DNA of 64,000 nt from Tagaea sp. (lineage in GTDB: Bacteria; Pseudomonadota; Alphaproteobacteria; CACIAM-22H2), in the NCBI GenBank assembly GCA_965279525.1, contig CBDIIB010000005.1, positions 1,696,001 to 1,760,000 on the forward strand. The letters are read 5' to 3'. Under the pieces are notes generated by a model. The model searched no databases. It saw only the letters and a program-made list of their open reading frames with translations, and was not told where the DNA came from. Both the position numbers and the translations under genes were made by a program. Of the stretch, positions 49,244 through 58,679 are shown one piece after another (position 1 is the stretch's first letter; every line of letters begins with the position of its first letter).

Positions 49244-49290
49244 GAAAATAAACACACGACAGGAACGAAAGACCCCACGCGCCCTGTCAC

Positions 49291-49319
49291 TTGCACCGCC
49301 CCCATCGCTCCTGTAGGTT
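49291..49319 (+). promoter_or_regulatory. Putative tRNA promoter
   Basis: TTGCAC-N17-TAGGTT ending 29 nt upstream of the tRNA. Confidence 0.55.
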
Positions 49320-49347
49320 CCCGCGCGATTTGAAATTGCCCCACAGT

Positions 49348-49422
49348 GCCGCAGTAGCTCAGGGGTAGAGCAGCGCATTCGTAATGCGCGGGTCGGGGGT
49401 TCAATTCCCTCCTGCGGCACCA
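49348..49422 (+). tRNA. tRNA-Thr(CGT)
   Basis: GCCGCAG acceptor stem pairs with CTGCGGC; anticodon arm GCGCA-TTCGTAA-TGCGC; GGTTCAATTCC T-arm; encoded CCA. Confidence 0.97.
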
Positions 49423-49551
49423 TTTTTTCCCGAAAAGTGCGCTAACTCGGGTCTCGCGAGTTTGACGTCGAAATCGGATCAGTGAGCATCCTCGGCAATC
49501 CATCAGTGTTGAGAATCACTCCGCTATTGGTGCAGGAGAGGGCAGGCAGCG

Positions 49552-50199
49552 ATGACCAATCACCTCCTGCCTAAACTCGAAGATTGGCGATTCGTAGGTC
49601 TTGATCCTAAGCGAGAAATGTATCTCCAGGAGCCAATCGACTACTCGGTGCTTGTTTTGAAAATCGTTCAAGATTCGATTGTATCGGAGCCCCGACGCGA
49701 TTGTTGCGACGACAACCGCAAAGATGCACCGGGCTTCGGTGCCGCGCGTTGGATTTGGCGCGTTACTACGCCCCCGAAACTCTTTGATCTTTTTTACAAT
49801 TCACGCTTCGGACTTCGCGCACACTACTGGGTGTCGGCTGAGTCCGGAAAAAAGGCGACTAAAACATTTCTTGAAGCAATGGACTCCAGAGCGCGTTCAA
49901 TGTGCTCGGAACAAATCCGAGTCTTGGCGATGGAATCGTACTCATCCGACTCTTCGAAAGTCTGGCCATCGGAGGAGGGTTTGGAGGGCGAACGTGCTTT
50001 AACGGTGGAACGGTGGGCAGCCAGTGAGATGCAAAACAATACTCCGCACCAGTGGCGGTGGACACCGTGCCATGGTCAACTGGAGATTAAGGGCGGATTT
50101 AGACATCCAGATGGGCGCGAGCACGTTCCAATCAGCAAGCAGGATCGCGAAGATCGAATACATCTAACGGGTTGGTCGGGGCAGCGTCCTTACGAGTAA
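49552..50199 (+). CDS. Low-GC orphan hypothetical protein (215 aa)
   Basis: Open frame with atypical A/T-ending codons, purine-rich (AGGAGAGG) upstream region; immediately 3' of the tRNA. Confidence 0.6.
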   Translation: MTNHLLPKLEDWRFVGLDPKREMYLQEPIDYSVLVLKIVQDSIVSEPRRDCCDDNRKDAPGFGAARWIWRVTTPPKLFDLFYNSRFGLRAHYWVSAESGKKATKTFLEAMDSRARSMCSEQIRVLAMESYSSDSSKVWPSEEGLEGERALTVERWAASEMQNNTPHQWRWTPCHGQLEIKGGFRHPDGREHVPISKQDREDRIHLTGWSGQRPYE

Positions 50200-50242
50200 T
50201 TTTCGCGAAGAGAGCCACCCCAAAACCCGCTAAACTCCCCCA

Positions 50243-51607
50243 ATGTCCCAGTCCGCCCTCAACGCGGCCCTGTCCGCGCTCTTCGCCAACAGCGCGAGCG
50301 TCGCGCAGCGCGCGGGCAATGTCGCGAACGCGCAGACCGGCGGCTACAAGGCGATCGAGGCGCGGCTGTCCGCACTCGCAGGCGCAGGTGGCGCCGGGGC
50401 CGGCGTCGTCGCCACGCCGGTCGCGACCAACGCGCTGTCGGGCACCATCCTTCAGTCGGCGAGTGCGACGTCCATCGCGGTGACCGGGTCGGGCTTCCTG
50501 CCGGTGCGCGAGACGGTTTCGGGCACGGGCGAAACGCTCTACACGCGCCGCGGCGATTTTTCGCCGGATGGCGAGGGCTATCTTCGCAACGGCGCGGGCC
50601 AGGTGCTTTATGCGCGCGCCGTCGGCGGGGCGGGGCCGCTCGTACCCGTGCGCATCGAGCGCGCCGACGTGCCGGCCGTTCCCACATCCGCCGCGCACTA
50701 TGCGGCGAACCTGCCGGCCAATGCGCCGCCGGGCACGGTGGTGAATGGCGGCTCGATCGCCATCGTCGATGCGCAAGGCAACACGCGCAGCTTCGACATC
50801 GTCTGGCACAACCGCACCACCGCCGGCGGCACGTTGCCCGGCGTGGCGCCGGGCCCGACGACCGGTTCGGCCGCGATCCCGGCTTCCGCCGCCGGCACCG
50901 TGCCGCAATGGCGCGCGGTGCTGACCGCGACGACCGGCTCGGCCAACGGGGCCGAAAGCCTCGCGCTCGATTTCTCGTTCGGCACGTCTGCCGGCGTGGA
51001 TGCGGGCCTGCCGGTCGCGGTATCCGTGCAGTCGACAAATCCCGCCACGCTGTCGGGTGCCGTTTCGGGCGGGCGCGTCACGCTCGGCTATGGCGCACCG
51101 GCCGCGTCGCCCGCACCGTTGCAGACCATCGCGGTCGAGTTCGGCGCACCGGCCCCGGCGGCCGGATCGCCGTCGCTGCTGGGGGCCGCCGGCGGGATGA
51201 CCGCGTTCGGGGCCGCGTCGATCTCGATTTCGCAGGCGTCTGCCGACGGCAGTGCCGCCGCGCGCTTCATCGGCGCCGGCATCGATGCGGACGGGCAGGT
51301 CTATACGAGCTATTCCGACGGGCGGCGTGTCGCGGCCTATCAGGTCGTGCTCGCCGGCTTCGCCAATGCCGATAGCCTGTCGGCGCAGAACGGCGAGACG
51401 TTCCGGGCCAATCCGGGTTCGGGCGATGCGACATTGTCGGCCGCCGCGCGCGGCGCGCTTGCGGCCAATTCGGCGGAAGCCTCGAACGTGGATCTCGGCA
51501 ACGAGCTTGTCCGCACGCTGGTCGCCCAGCGCGCCTACACGGCCAGTGCGCGCCTTGTGGCAACCAGCGACGCGATGCTGAAGGAACTGACGCGCCTGCG
51601 CCGCTGA
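50243..51607 (+). CDS. Divergent flagellar hook FlgE-like protein
   Basis: N-terminal GNVANAQTGGYK, YTRRGDF.PD.EGYL, C-terminal EASNVDL..E....AQRAY.AS. Confidence 0.8.
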   Translation: MSQSALNAALSALFANSASVAQRAGNVANAQTGGYKAIEARLSALAGAGGAGAGVVATPVATNALSGTILQSASATSIAVTGSGFLPVRETVSGTGETLYTRRGDFSPDGEGYLRNGAGQVLYARAVGGAGPLVPVRIERADVPAVPTSAAHYAANLPANAPPGTVVNGGSIAIVDAQGNTRSFDIVWHNRTTAGGTLPGVAPGPTTGSAAIPASAAGTVPQWRAVLTATTGSANGAESLALDFSFGTSAGVDAGLPVAVSVQSTNPATLSGAVSGGRVTLGYGAPAASPAPLQTIAVEFGAPAPAAGSPSLLGAAGGMTAFGAASISISQASADGSAAARFIGAGIDADGQVYTSYSDGRRVAAYQVVLAGFANADSLSAQNGETFRANPGSGDATLSAAARGALAANSAEASNVDLGNELVRTLVAQRAYTASARLVATSDAMLKELTRLRR

Positions 51608-51627
51608 CGTTCCCTGGAGTTTTCCGG

Positions 51628-52431
51628 ATGAAATCCCCCGCGTTCGCGTCCCTTGCGGTTCTTCTGACGCTTTGCGCACCCGCCGCCGCACAGGCCGATC
51701 CGTGCGCCGGGCGCGATGCGGCGCGCAATGTCGCGGGCGACAGGCTGTGTCTGGCGATGCGCGCGTTCGGGGCGCCGACGGCACCGGGCGGCACGCTCGT
51801 CGTCGTGCTGCATGGCGACGCCAGCTCGGGCGGGCCGGCCAACTATCATTTCGAGCTGGCGCGCGAGATCGCCGCCGCGCGCCCGGCGGCGTCCGTCGTC
51901 GCCCTCGTGCGGCCCGGCTATGCCGATGGCGATGGACTGACGTCGGACGGCAACCTCCATGGGCGGCGCGACCATTACACACCTGAGAACATCGACGCGG
52001 TCGCCGCGTCCATCGCTTCGTTGCGCGCGCGCACCGGGGCCGCGCGCGTCGTCGGCATCGGGCATTCGGGCGGGGCGGCCACGCTTGGCGTCATCGTCGG
52101 CCGCCGGCCGGGCACGCTTGACGCGGCGGTGCTGCTGGCCTGCCCGTGCGATATCCCCAACTGGCGCGCGATGAACAGCGGCCGGCCCTGGGCGCAGAGC
52201 CTGTCGCCGCACGATTTCATCGCCGCGATCCCGGCGGGCACGCGCGTGATCCTCGCCGTGGGTACGGGCGACAACAACACCTGGCCGCGCCTGTCGGAGA
52301 ACTATGTCGCCGCCTTGAAGAAGCGCGAGCTGCCGGCCGAGCTCGTGGCGATCGACGGCGTGGGCCACAACATGAATGCCGGCATGCGCGCGACGGTGCT
52401 GAAGCTGTTCGCCGACGGCAAGCTCGACTGA
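51628..52431 (+). CDS. Exported alpha/beta hydrolase
   Basis: Signal peptide, VLHGD, GHSGG nucleophile elbow, D and GH. Confidence 0.85.
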   Translation: MKSPAFASLAVLLTLCAPAAAQADPCAGRDAARNVAGDRLCLAMRAFGAPTAPGGTLVVVLHGDASSGGPANYHFELAREIAAARPAASVVALVRPGYADGDGLTSDGNLHGRRDHYTPENIDAVAASIASLRARTGAARVVGIGHSGGAATLGVIVGRRPGTLDAAVLLACPCDIPNWRAMNSGRPWAQSLSPHDFIAAIPAGTRVILAVGTGDNNTWPRLSENYVAALKKRELPAELVAIDGVGHNMNAGMRATVLKLFADGKLD

Positions 52432-52447
52432 GGGCGCTTGCGAGCCG

Positions 52448-54637
52448 TCAGACCGGCGGGTCGAAATCGATCCGGGCCTGCAGGCCGGCGGGCTCGACGT
52501 TGCGCAAGGTCAGCCGGCCGCCCATCAGCTTGAGCAGCTCCATGGTGATGGCGAGGCCCAGCCCGGCGCCCTCGTTGTCGCTCACCAGATCGCTGCGCGC
52601 CTGGACGAAGGGCTGGCCGATCCGGCGCATGACGTCGGGCGGGATGCCGGGGCCCTCGTCGCGGACCTCGAGCATGCTGCCACCGCCGTCCTTGCGCGCG
52701 ACGCGCAGCGTGATCCGCCCGCCCGTGGGCGAGAACTTCACGGCATTGCCGATGATGTTGATCAGCACCTGCAGCATCGCGCGCGGGTCGGTCGCGAACT
52801 CCATGCCCTCTTCCAGATGCTCGACGATCTCGATCTTCTTGGTCGCGATGCGCGCGCGCAGGACCTGCGACGCCTCGATCATCGCGCCGCGCAGATCGAC
52901 GGGCTGGACATCGCGCAGGGCGGCACCGCCGTGGATGCGGCTGAGATCGAGGATGTCGTTGATCAGCGACAGCAGGTGCCGGCCGGCGCCCAGGATCAGC
53001 TGGATGTATTCGCGGTAACGCGGGGAATCGGCAGGGCCCGCGATGCCCATGTCGATCGACTCCGAAAAGCCGATGATCGCGTTGAGCGGCGTGCGCAGTT
53101 CGTGGCTCATCGTGGCGAGGAACTTCGACTTGGCCGCACTCGCCTGCTCGGCGAGTTCGCGCAGCCGCTCCTGCTCGTTCGCCACCTCGGCAAGATGCTC
53201 CTCGTTCGCGAGGATGTCGGTCATGTCGCGCACGACGGCAAGGTACATCGGCGATCCGAGCACGGTGACCTTCGAGATCGAGACCATCGCCGGGAACTCG
53301 CGGCCCGAGGCGTGCAGGCCCTTGACGGCGCGCCAGTTGCTCATCGCGCGCGAGACGTCGGGTGCCTGCGCCATGTCGCGCATCAGGCCGGCATGGCGCA
53401 CGCGCATCGCGGCCGGCAGCAAGGGGTCGAGCGGCCCGCCGGCGAGATCGCTCTCGCTTGCGCCGAAGATGCCCTCCGCCGCGCGGTTCACGGCGGTGAT
53501 GTGCAGGTTCTCGTCGAGCGTGATGATGCCGTCATGGGCGCTGGCAAGCACCGCGCGCAGGCGCTGCTCGGACGTGATCGCCGCGTCGCGCTGCACGGCG
53601 ACGAGACGCGAACGGTCCGCGGCCTTGCGGATCGTGACGAAAGCCAGCAGGGCGAAGCCGCTCGCCGCGACGAGGACGAGGATGCCGAGTGCGATGAACG
53701 GTGCGTGCGGCTCGATCGAGTGCCACGAAAGCGGTGTCACGTCGAACGAGATGGTCAGCACCAGCGGCAGCGGGGCGAGCCCGTAATGGACGCCGATGCG
53801 CCGGATGCCGTCGGTCGCGGCCGGGCCTTCGAAGCGGCCCTTCAGCTGGCCCGGGTAGTTCCGGAAAGCGAGGGCGTCGGGGAGAAACTGCCCGGAAAAC
53901 CGAACATCGAACGGCGCCGCGACGAGGCCGACCCGGTCGTCGCGCAAGAGCGATATCCTGTCGGTCGGGGCGTGGCGCAGCAGGTCGAACAGTTCGACGA
54001 AATTGTCCTCGGGTATGGTCGCCGTCAGGATCGCGCGGATCCGCCCGCCGCCGTCGCGGTACGCGCGCGAGATCGGCAGCAGCCGGAATTCGCGCACTCG
54101 GCCCTGGACCGGGGCGGCGATCACCGATCCGGTCTTCGCGACCTTCCGCAGGTCGGCTTCGCGTGACGGTTCGAAATGGGCGGCGAACGGCTCGCGGTCC
54201 GCGACGTTGATGCCCGCTTTTTCCGTCGCATCCGAGCCGTCCGGTCGCCAGATGTTGATGTCGATGCCAGCCGCGGAAAACTGCCGGTCGACGCGCGCCT
54301 TGATCGCCAGAAGCGCGTTGATATCCGTGACCGCCGGCTCGGACCGGTCGAGCAGGTCTTCGACCGTGTCGAGCGCGCGCTCCATGTTCTCGTACTGCCC
54401 GGACACGTAGCGGCCGAGCGCGACGATGTTCCGCTCTTCTTCCGCGAGGCGGGCATCGATGGCGGTCGTATGGCTGAAATAGACGGATGCGGCGAGGCCT
54501 GCGACCGCCACGAGGATCGTCGCGATGGCGGCGGCGGCGACTGCGCGCAGTCCTTGATGCGATTCCCTGAAGTCTGAACCCGGGATGTCCGAACTCGACC
54601 CAGCCATCAGCTTCAAGAGGGACCTTGCCTTCTGCAC
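52448..54637 (-). CDS. Membrane sensor histidine kinase (Cache-PAS-HisKA-HATPase; PleC/DivJ-like H box)
   Basis: FLATMSHELRTPLNAIIGFSE, NAVKFS, DEGPG, GAGLGL; start uncertain. Confidence 0.92.
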   Translation of the reverse strand: MQKARSLLKLMAGSSSDIPGSDFRESHQGLRAVAAAAIATILVAVAGLAASVYFSHTTAIDARLAEEERNIVALGRYVSGQYENMERALDTVEDLLDRSEPAVTDINALLAIKARVDRQFSAAGIDINIWRPDGSDATEKAGINVADREPFAAHFEPSREADLRKVAKTGSVIAAPVQGRVREFRLLPISRAYRDGGGRIRAILTATIPEDNFVELFDLLRHAPTDRISLLRDDRVGLVAAPFDVRFSGQFLPDALAFRNYPGQLKGRFEGPAATDGIRRIGVHYGLAPLPLVLTISFDVTPLSWHSIEPHAPFIALGILVLVAASGFALLAFVTIRKAADRSRLVAVQRDAAITSEQRLRAVLASAHDGIITLDENLHITAVNRAAEGIFGASESDLAGGPLDPLLPAAMRVRHAGLMRDMAQAPDVSRAMSNWRAVKGLHASGREFPAMVSISKVTVLGSPMYLAVVRDMTDILANEEHLAEVANEQERLRELAEQASAAKSKFLATMSHELRTPLNAIIGFSESIDMGIAGPADSPRYREYIQLILGAGRHLLSLINDILDLSRIHGGAALRDVQPVDLRGAMIEASQVLRARIATKKIEIVEHLEEGMEFATDPRAMLQVLINIIGNAVKFSPTGGRITLRVARKDGGGSMLEVRDEGPGIPPDVMRRIGQPFVQARSDLVSDNEGAGLGLAITMELLKLMGGRLTLRNVEPAGLQARIDFDPPV

Positions 54638-54991
54638 GGCGGACCCCGGGGGAAGTCGGCTGGTGAACGAAACCAGTTATCGTAAGTAAACTCTATTTAT
54701 TCAACTCAAATGCGAGTCGGGGCCCGCGAACGGCGCCGCGATCTTGGGCAGGCGGCCCGCGAACCACCTGCGACAATCGTGAAATTGTGCAGATGCCGCT
54801 TGGGTTTCCGGGTACCCGGGGACGCTGGCGCGCGTTTATGCATGCTGCACGCAAGAATCCCTGCAGAAAATGCATTGCTGCATCGCAACATTAACTGCGC
54901 CAACACCCGGATTTCACTCGTACATTTTCATACCGCATCACAGCGCGACGGGCCGATTGGCGACCCGCCGATCCCACAACGAGGTTCCCCG

Positions 54992-55357
54992 ATGTCCCGC
55001 ATCGACCCGTCCCGCATCCCCGCCACCCTGTCGGCCTTCGACATGGAACTGGCCGCCCGCCATTACCGCGCCGCGCGCATCGGCGCCGACATCGCCGAGC
55101 TGATCGTCGCGGTTTCGCGTGGCATCGACCGCCTGGCAGCCGCCTATCGCGGCTGGTACGAGCGCCAGCTGGTCATCGAGGCCCTCGAGCGTCTGGACGA
55201 CCGCAGCCTCGCCGACATCGGCATCGCGCGCGACGGGATCGCCCGCTTCGCGGCCGGCCATGTCGCGCGTCACGACGCCGACGGGCATCTCTATGTCGCG
55301 GGCACGATCGAGGGAACGGAAGCCAACACGCAGACCGGCGGTCGCGTCGCGGCCTGA
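54992..55357 (+). CDS. DUF1127 protein (long type)
   Basis: LERLDDRSLADIGIARDGI; GAGG RBS. Confidence 0.88.
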   Translation: MSRIDPSRIPATLSAFDMELAARHYRAARIGADIAELIVAVSRGIDRLAAAYRGWYERQLVIEALERLDDRSLADIGIARDGIARFAAGHVARHDADGHLYVAGTIEGTEANTQTGGRVAA

Positions 55358-55389
55358 AGGGTCATCGCGGGCGGGCGGGCGGGGAACGG

Positions 55390-56412
55390 TCAGTAGATCA
55401 GATCGTCCTCGCCGCCGGCGCCGCCCTTCGACAGCACGATCTCGTCCTTCGCGGCGAGTTCCTTGGCGACGTTGACCATCGCCGTCTGCGCTTCGGCCAC
55501 GTCCTTGCCGCGCACCGGCCCCAGCGCTTCGATCTCCTCGCGCAGCATCTTTCCCGCGCGCTCCGACATGTTGGAGAAGAACAGGTCGCGCACCTGTTCG
55601 TTCGCACCCTTCATCGCGATGGCGAGCTTGCCCTTGTCGACCGCGCGCAGCAGCGTCTGCACGCCGCCGGGGTCGAGACGGCCAAGATCCTCGAACTTGA
55701 ACATCAGCGCCTTGATCTTCTCGGCACTGTCGCGGTTGCGCTCTTCAAGGGCGGTCGTGAAGCGGCCTTCGGTCTGGCGGTCGAGGGAATTGAAGATTTC
55801 CGCCATCAGCTCGTGGTTGTCCTTGCGGCTGGTCTTGGCAAGGTTCGACATGAACTCGTTGCGCAGCACGCGTTCGAGATCGTCGAGAACCTCTTTCTGG
55901 ACCGTCTCCATGCGCAGCATGCGCATGACGACTTCCATCGCGAAGGCTTCCGGCAGCGTGCCCATGACGCGCGCCCCGTGGTCGGAGCGGATCTTCGAGA
56001 GCACGACGGCGACGGTCTGCGGATATTCGTTCTTGAGGTAGTTGGCGAGCACCGCCTCGTTGACGTTGCCGAGCTTGTCCCACATCGTGCGGCCGGCGGG
56101 GCCGCGGATGTCGTCCATGATGCCGGACAGCCGGTTCTTGTCGAGGATCTTGCCGAGCAGCCGTTCGGTCGAATCGAACGAGCCCACGAGCGAGCCGGTC
56201 GCGGAAATCTGGTCGGCGAATTCGATGATCAGGCGTTCGATGATCGAGGAATTGACGTTGCCCAGCCCCGCCATCGACTGGGAGATCTCCTTGATCTCCT
56301 CGTCGCTCATCAGCGCGAACAGCTTGGTCGCGACCTGTTCGCCCAGCGACAGCAGCAGGATCGAGGCCTTGTCCTTGCCCGATAGCGTCCTGTAGTCGTC
56401 GCGTACGCGCAT
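55390..56412 (-). CDS. fliG: Flagellar motor switch protein FliG (not linked to fliF)
   Basis: [38 protein letters not shown]. Confidence 0.95.
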   Translation of the reverse strand: MRVRDDYRTLSGKDKASILLLSLGEQVATKLFALMSDEEIKEISQSMAGLGNVNSSIIERLIIEFADQISATGSLVGSFDSTERLLGKILDKNRLSGIMDDIRGPAGRTMWDKLGNVNEAVLANYLKNEYPQTVAVVLSKIRSDHGARVMGTLPEAFAMEVVMRMLRMETVQKEVLDDLERVLRNEFMSNLAKTSRKDNHELMAEIFNSLDRQTEGRFTTALEERNRDSAEKIKALMFKFEDLGRLDPGGVQTLLRAVDKGKLAIAMKGANEQVRDLFFSNMSERAGKMLREEIEALGPVRGKDVAEAQTAMVNVAKELAAKDEIVLSKGGAGGEDDLIY

Positions 56413-56484
56413 GCGGGGTGTCCGATCGGCGACCGTTCACGTCGGCGCGGGCCCGCGCTTCCCGGAAAGGCAGCGACGATTGTA

Positions 56485-58248
56485 TCAGGAATCGCGATTC
56501 GCGGGGCGGAATTCGGCCGTCCAGCGTTGGGTCCAGGCCGGCAGGTCGTCGGCCGGCATCGGGCGCGCGATCGCGTAGCCCTGGCCCGTGCGACACCCGT
56601 GCGCCACCAGCACGTCCCGGCAGGCGAGATCCTCGATCCCCTCTGCGACGATGGCGATGCCCAGTGCCTCGCACAGCACGGCCACGCTGCGCAGCAGGAT
56701 CGCGTCGAAGCTGCCAGCCGCGATGCCGGAGATGAAGCTGCGGTCGATCTTGACCTCGCGCACGGGGAAGTCGCGCAAGTACGAGAACGACGTGTAGCCG
56801 GCGCCGAAATCGTCGATCGAGAACGCGATGCCGTGGCTGCCCAGCCGGGCGACCGCCTCGCGCGCGGCCGCCTGGTTGACCAGCAGGGCGGTCTCGGTGA
56901 TCTCGAAACAGACCAGCTTGTGCGGAACCCGGTAGCGCGCCAGCAGGTCGAGGATGTCGCGCTCGAGCGTCTCGCGCTCCAGCATCCGGGCCGACAGGTT
57001 GATCGCGACGGGGACCTGCGATCCGGCGTCGAGCCATGCGCGCATCTGGCCCAGCACGAGTTCGACCGTGTGGTAGGTGAAGAAATCGAGCAGCCGCGAC
57101 TGCTCGACCGCGGGCAGGAAGTCGGCCGGGCGCACGACGTCGCCCGCCCCCCGGTTCCAGCGCACAAGCGCTTCGAGCCCGAGGACCTTGCCGGTGACGA
57201 GATCGACCTTCGGCTGGTAGTGCATCTCCAGCTCGCGGCCCAGCATCGCCTGCTCGATCCGGCCGAGCACGGCCTGGCTGGCGTCAGCCGGCATCTCGTC
57301 GGCCCCGGCATCGACCACGACCGACAGCATCCGGCGCTTGGACTGGTACATCGCGCGGTCGGCGCGCGACATCAGCTGGTGGGCGTCGGTCCCGTGCTGC
57401 GGGCAGAACGCCACGCCGACCGAGACGCCGACGACAAGCCGCCTGCCGTCGACGGCGATGGGCAGGTGCAGCGATGCCGCGAGCCGGCCGGCGAGCTGGG
57501 TCGCGATCTCGACGCTTTCCACGCCGGGCAGGATCGCGGCGAACTCGTCCCCGCCCAGGCGCGCCAGCGTGTCGGATTCGCGCAACGTCGCGGCCATCCG
57601 CTTGCCGACCTCGCGCAGCACCGCGTCGCCCGCGGCATGGCCGAACGCCTCGTTCACTTCCTTGAAGCGGTTGAGATCCATCATCAGCACGGCGAAGCCG
57701 ACATGGTCGCGCCTGTGCGCGAGGCAGCAATGCCCGAGGCGGTCGAAGAACAGGTTGCGGTTCGGCAGGCCCGTGAGCCCGTCATAGAGGCTCTGCTGGC
57801 GCAGCTGCTGTTCGGCCGACACGAGCCTGTTCTGCATCTGCGACCAGCGCAGGCCGTTGTCGAGCGCCTGGTGCAGCTTCCTGCGGTCGAGGCCGGCCTT
57901 GGGCAGGTAGTCGAACACGCCGTCGCGCATCGCCTCGACGGCACTCGTCTCGGTGCCCATGCCCGTCACCATGATGATCGGGCAGTCGCGGCCGAGATTG
58001 GCCTGGATGAAGGGGATCAGCGTCGTGCCCGCCCCGTCGGCGAGCCGGAAATCGAGGATGATGCAGTCGTAGGCCGTCCGGCCGATCTCCTGCGAGGCGT
58101 CGACGAGCGAGGCCGCCTCGATGACGCGGGTAGGCCTCGAGTACTGCGCGAGGAAACGGCGGATCTTCTCGCGGTCGACGTCGTCGTCGTCGACGAGCAG
58201 GATCTCGAGCATCCGGTCGGGCGGAGGAAGGGCCTGCTCGGTGATCAT
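56485..58248 (-). CDS. REC-GGDEF-EAL diguanylate cyclase/phosphodiesterase
   Basis: Intact RLGGDEF, EALVRW, EITE, DDFGAGY, VAEGIE. Confidence 0.95.
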   Translation of the reverse strand: MITEQALPPPDRMLEILLVDDDDVDREKIRRFLAQYSRPTRVIEAASLVDASQEIGRTAYDCIILDFRLADGAGTTLIPFIQANLGRDCPIIMVTGMGTETSAVEAMRDGVFDYLPKAGLDRRKLHQALDNGLRWSQMQNRLVSAEQQLRQQSLYDGLTGLPNRNLFFDRLGHCCLAHRRDHVGFAVLMMDLNRFKEVNEAFGHAAGDAVLREVGKRMAATLRESDTLARLGGDEFAAILPGVESVEIATQLAGRLAASLHLPIAVDGRRLVVGVSVGVAFCPQHGTDAHQLMSRADRAMYQSKRRMLSVVVDAGADEMPADASQAVLGRIEQAMLGRELEMHYQPKVDLVTGKVLGLEALVRWNRGAGDVVRPADFLPAVEQSRLLDFFTYHTVELVLGQMRAWLDAGSQVPVAINLSARMLERETLERDILDLLARYRVPHKLVCFEITETALLVNQAAAREAVARLGSHGIAFSIDDFGAGYTSFSYLRDFPVREVKIDRSFISGIAAGSFDAILLRSVAVLCEALGIAIVAEGIEDLACRDVLVAHGCRTGQGYAIARPMPADDLPAWTQRWTAEFRPANRDS

Positions 58249-58679
58249 GCGCCGGCCCCGGGGTTCGCGTTCTGGCGGAAGCCCTGCATCAGGCTGACGA
58301 AGTTCGAATGCTGGGGGCCGGCACCCGACTTCACCATGTAGCCGGCGATGCCCAGCTCCTGCGCCCGCCGCCGGTCGGCGTCGGAGTTCGACGTCGTCAG
58401 CACGAACACGGTCGCCCGACGCAGCTCGTCGTCCGCGCGCAGCGCTTCGATCAGTTCCAGCCCGTTCATGCGCGGCATGTTGAGATCGACCACGACCACA
58501 TAGGGGGCGTGGATCGACTTGGCCGGATGCTGGCCGCGCAGCAGGTCGAGCGCTTCCATCCCGTCCTCGGCGATCACGACGTTCCAGTCGTGGCCGCTCC
58601 GGCGGATGCCGCGCACGACCGCCTCGGCGGCCACGTCGTCGTCCTCGACGAGCAGGATGTTGAACGCGCGCTCAGCCAT
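58245..58679 (-). CDS. Single-domain response regulator (Rcp1-like)
   Basis: LLVEDD, DLNMPRMNG, VLTTS, YMVK. Confidence 0.9.
   Translation of the reverse strand: MAERAFNILLVEDDDVAAEAVVRGIRRSGHDWNVVIAEDGMEALDLLRGQHPAKSIHAPYVVVVDLNMPRMNGLELIEALRADDELRRATVFVLTTSNSDADRRRAQELGIAGYMVKSGAGPQHSNFVSLMQGFRQNANPGAGA

Noticed and set aside
49423-52440. Intact integrative element or prophage at tRNA-Thr
   Set aside because: No integrase, phage genes or direct repeat of the tRNA 3' end were found by eye.
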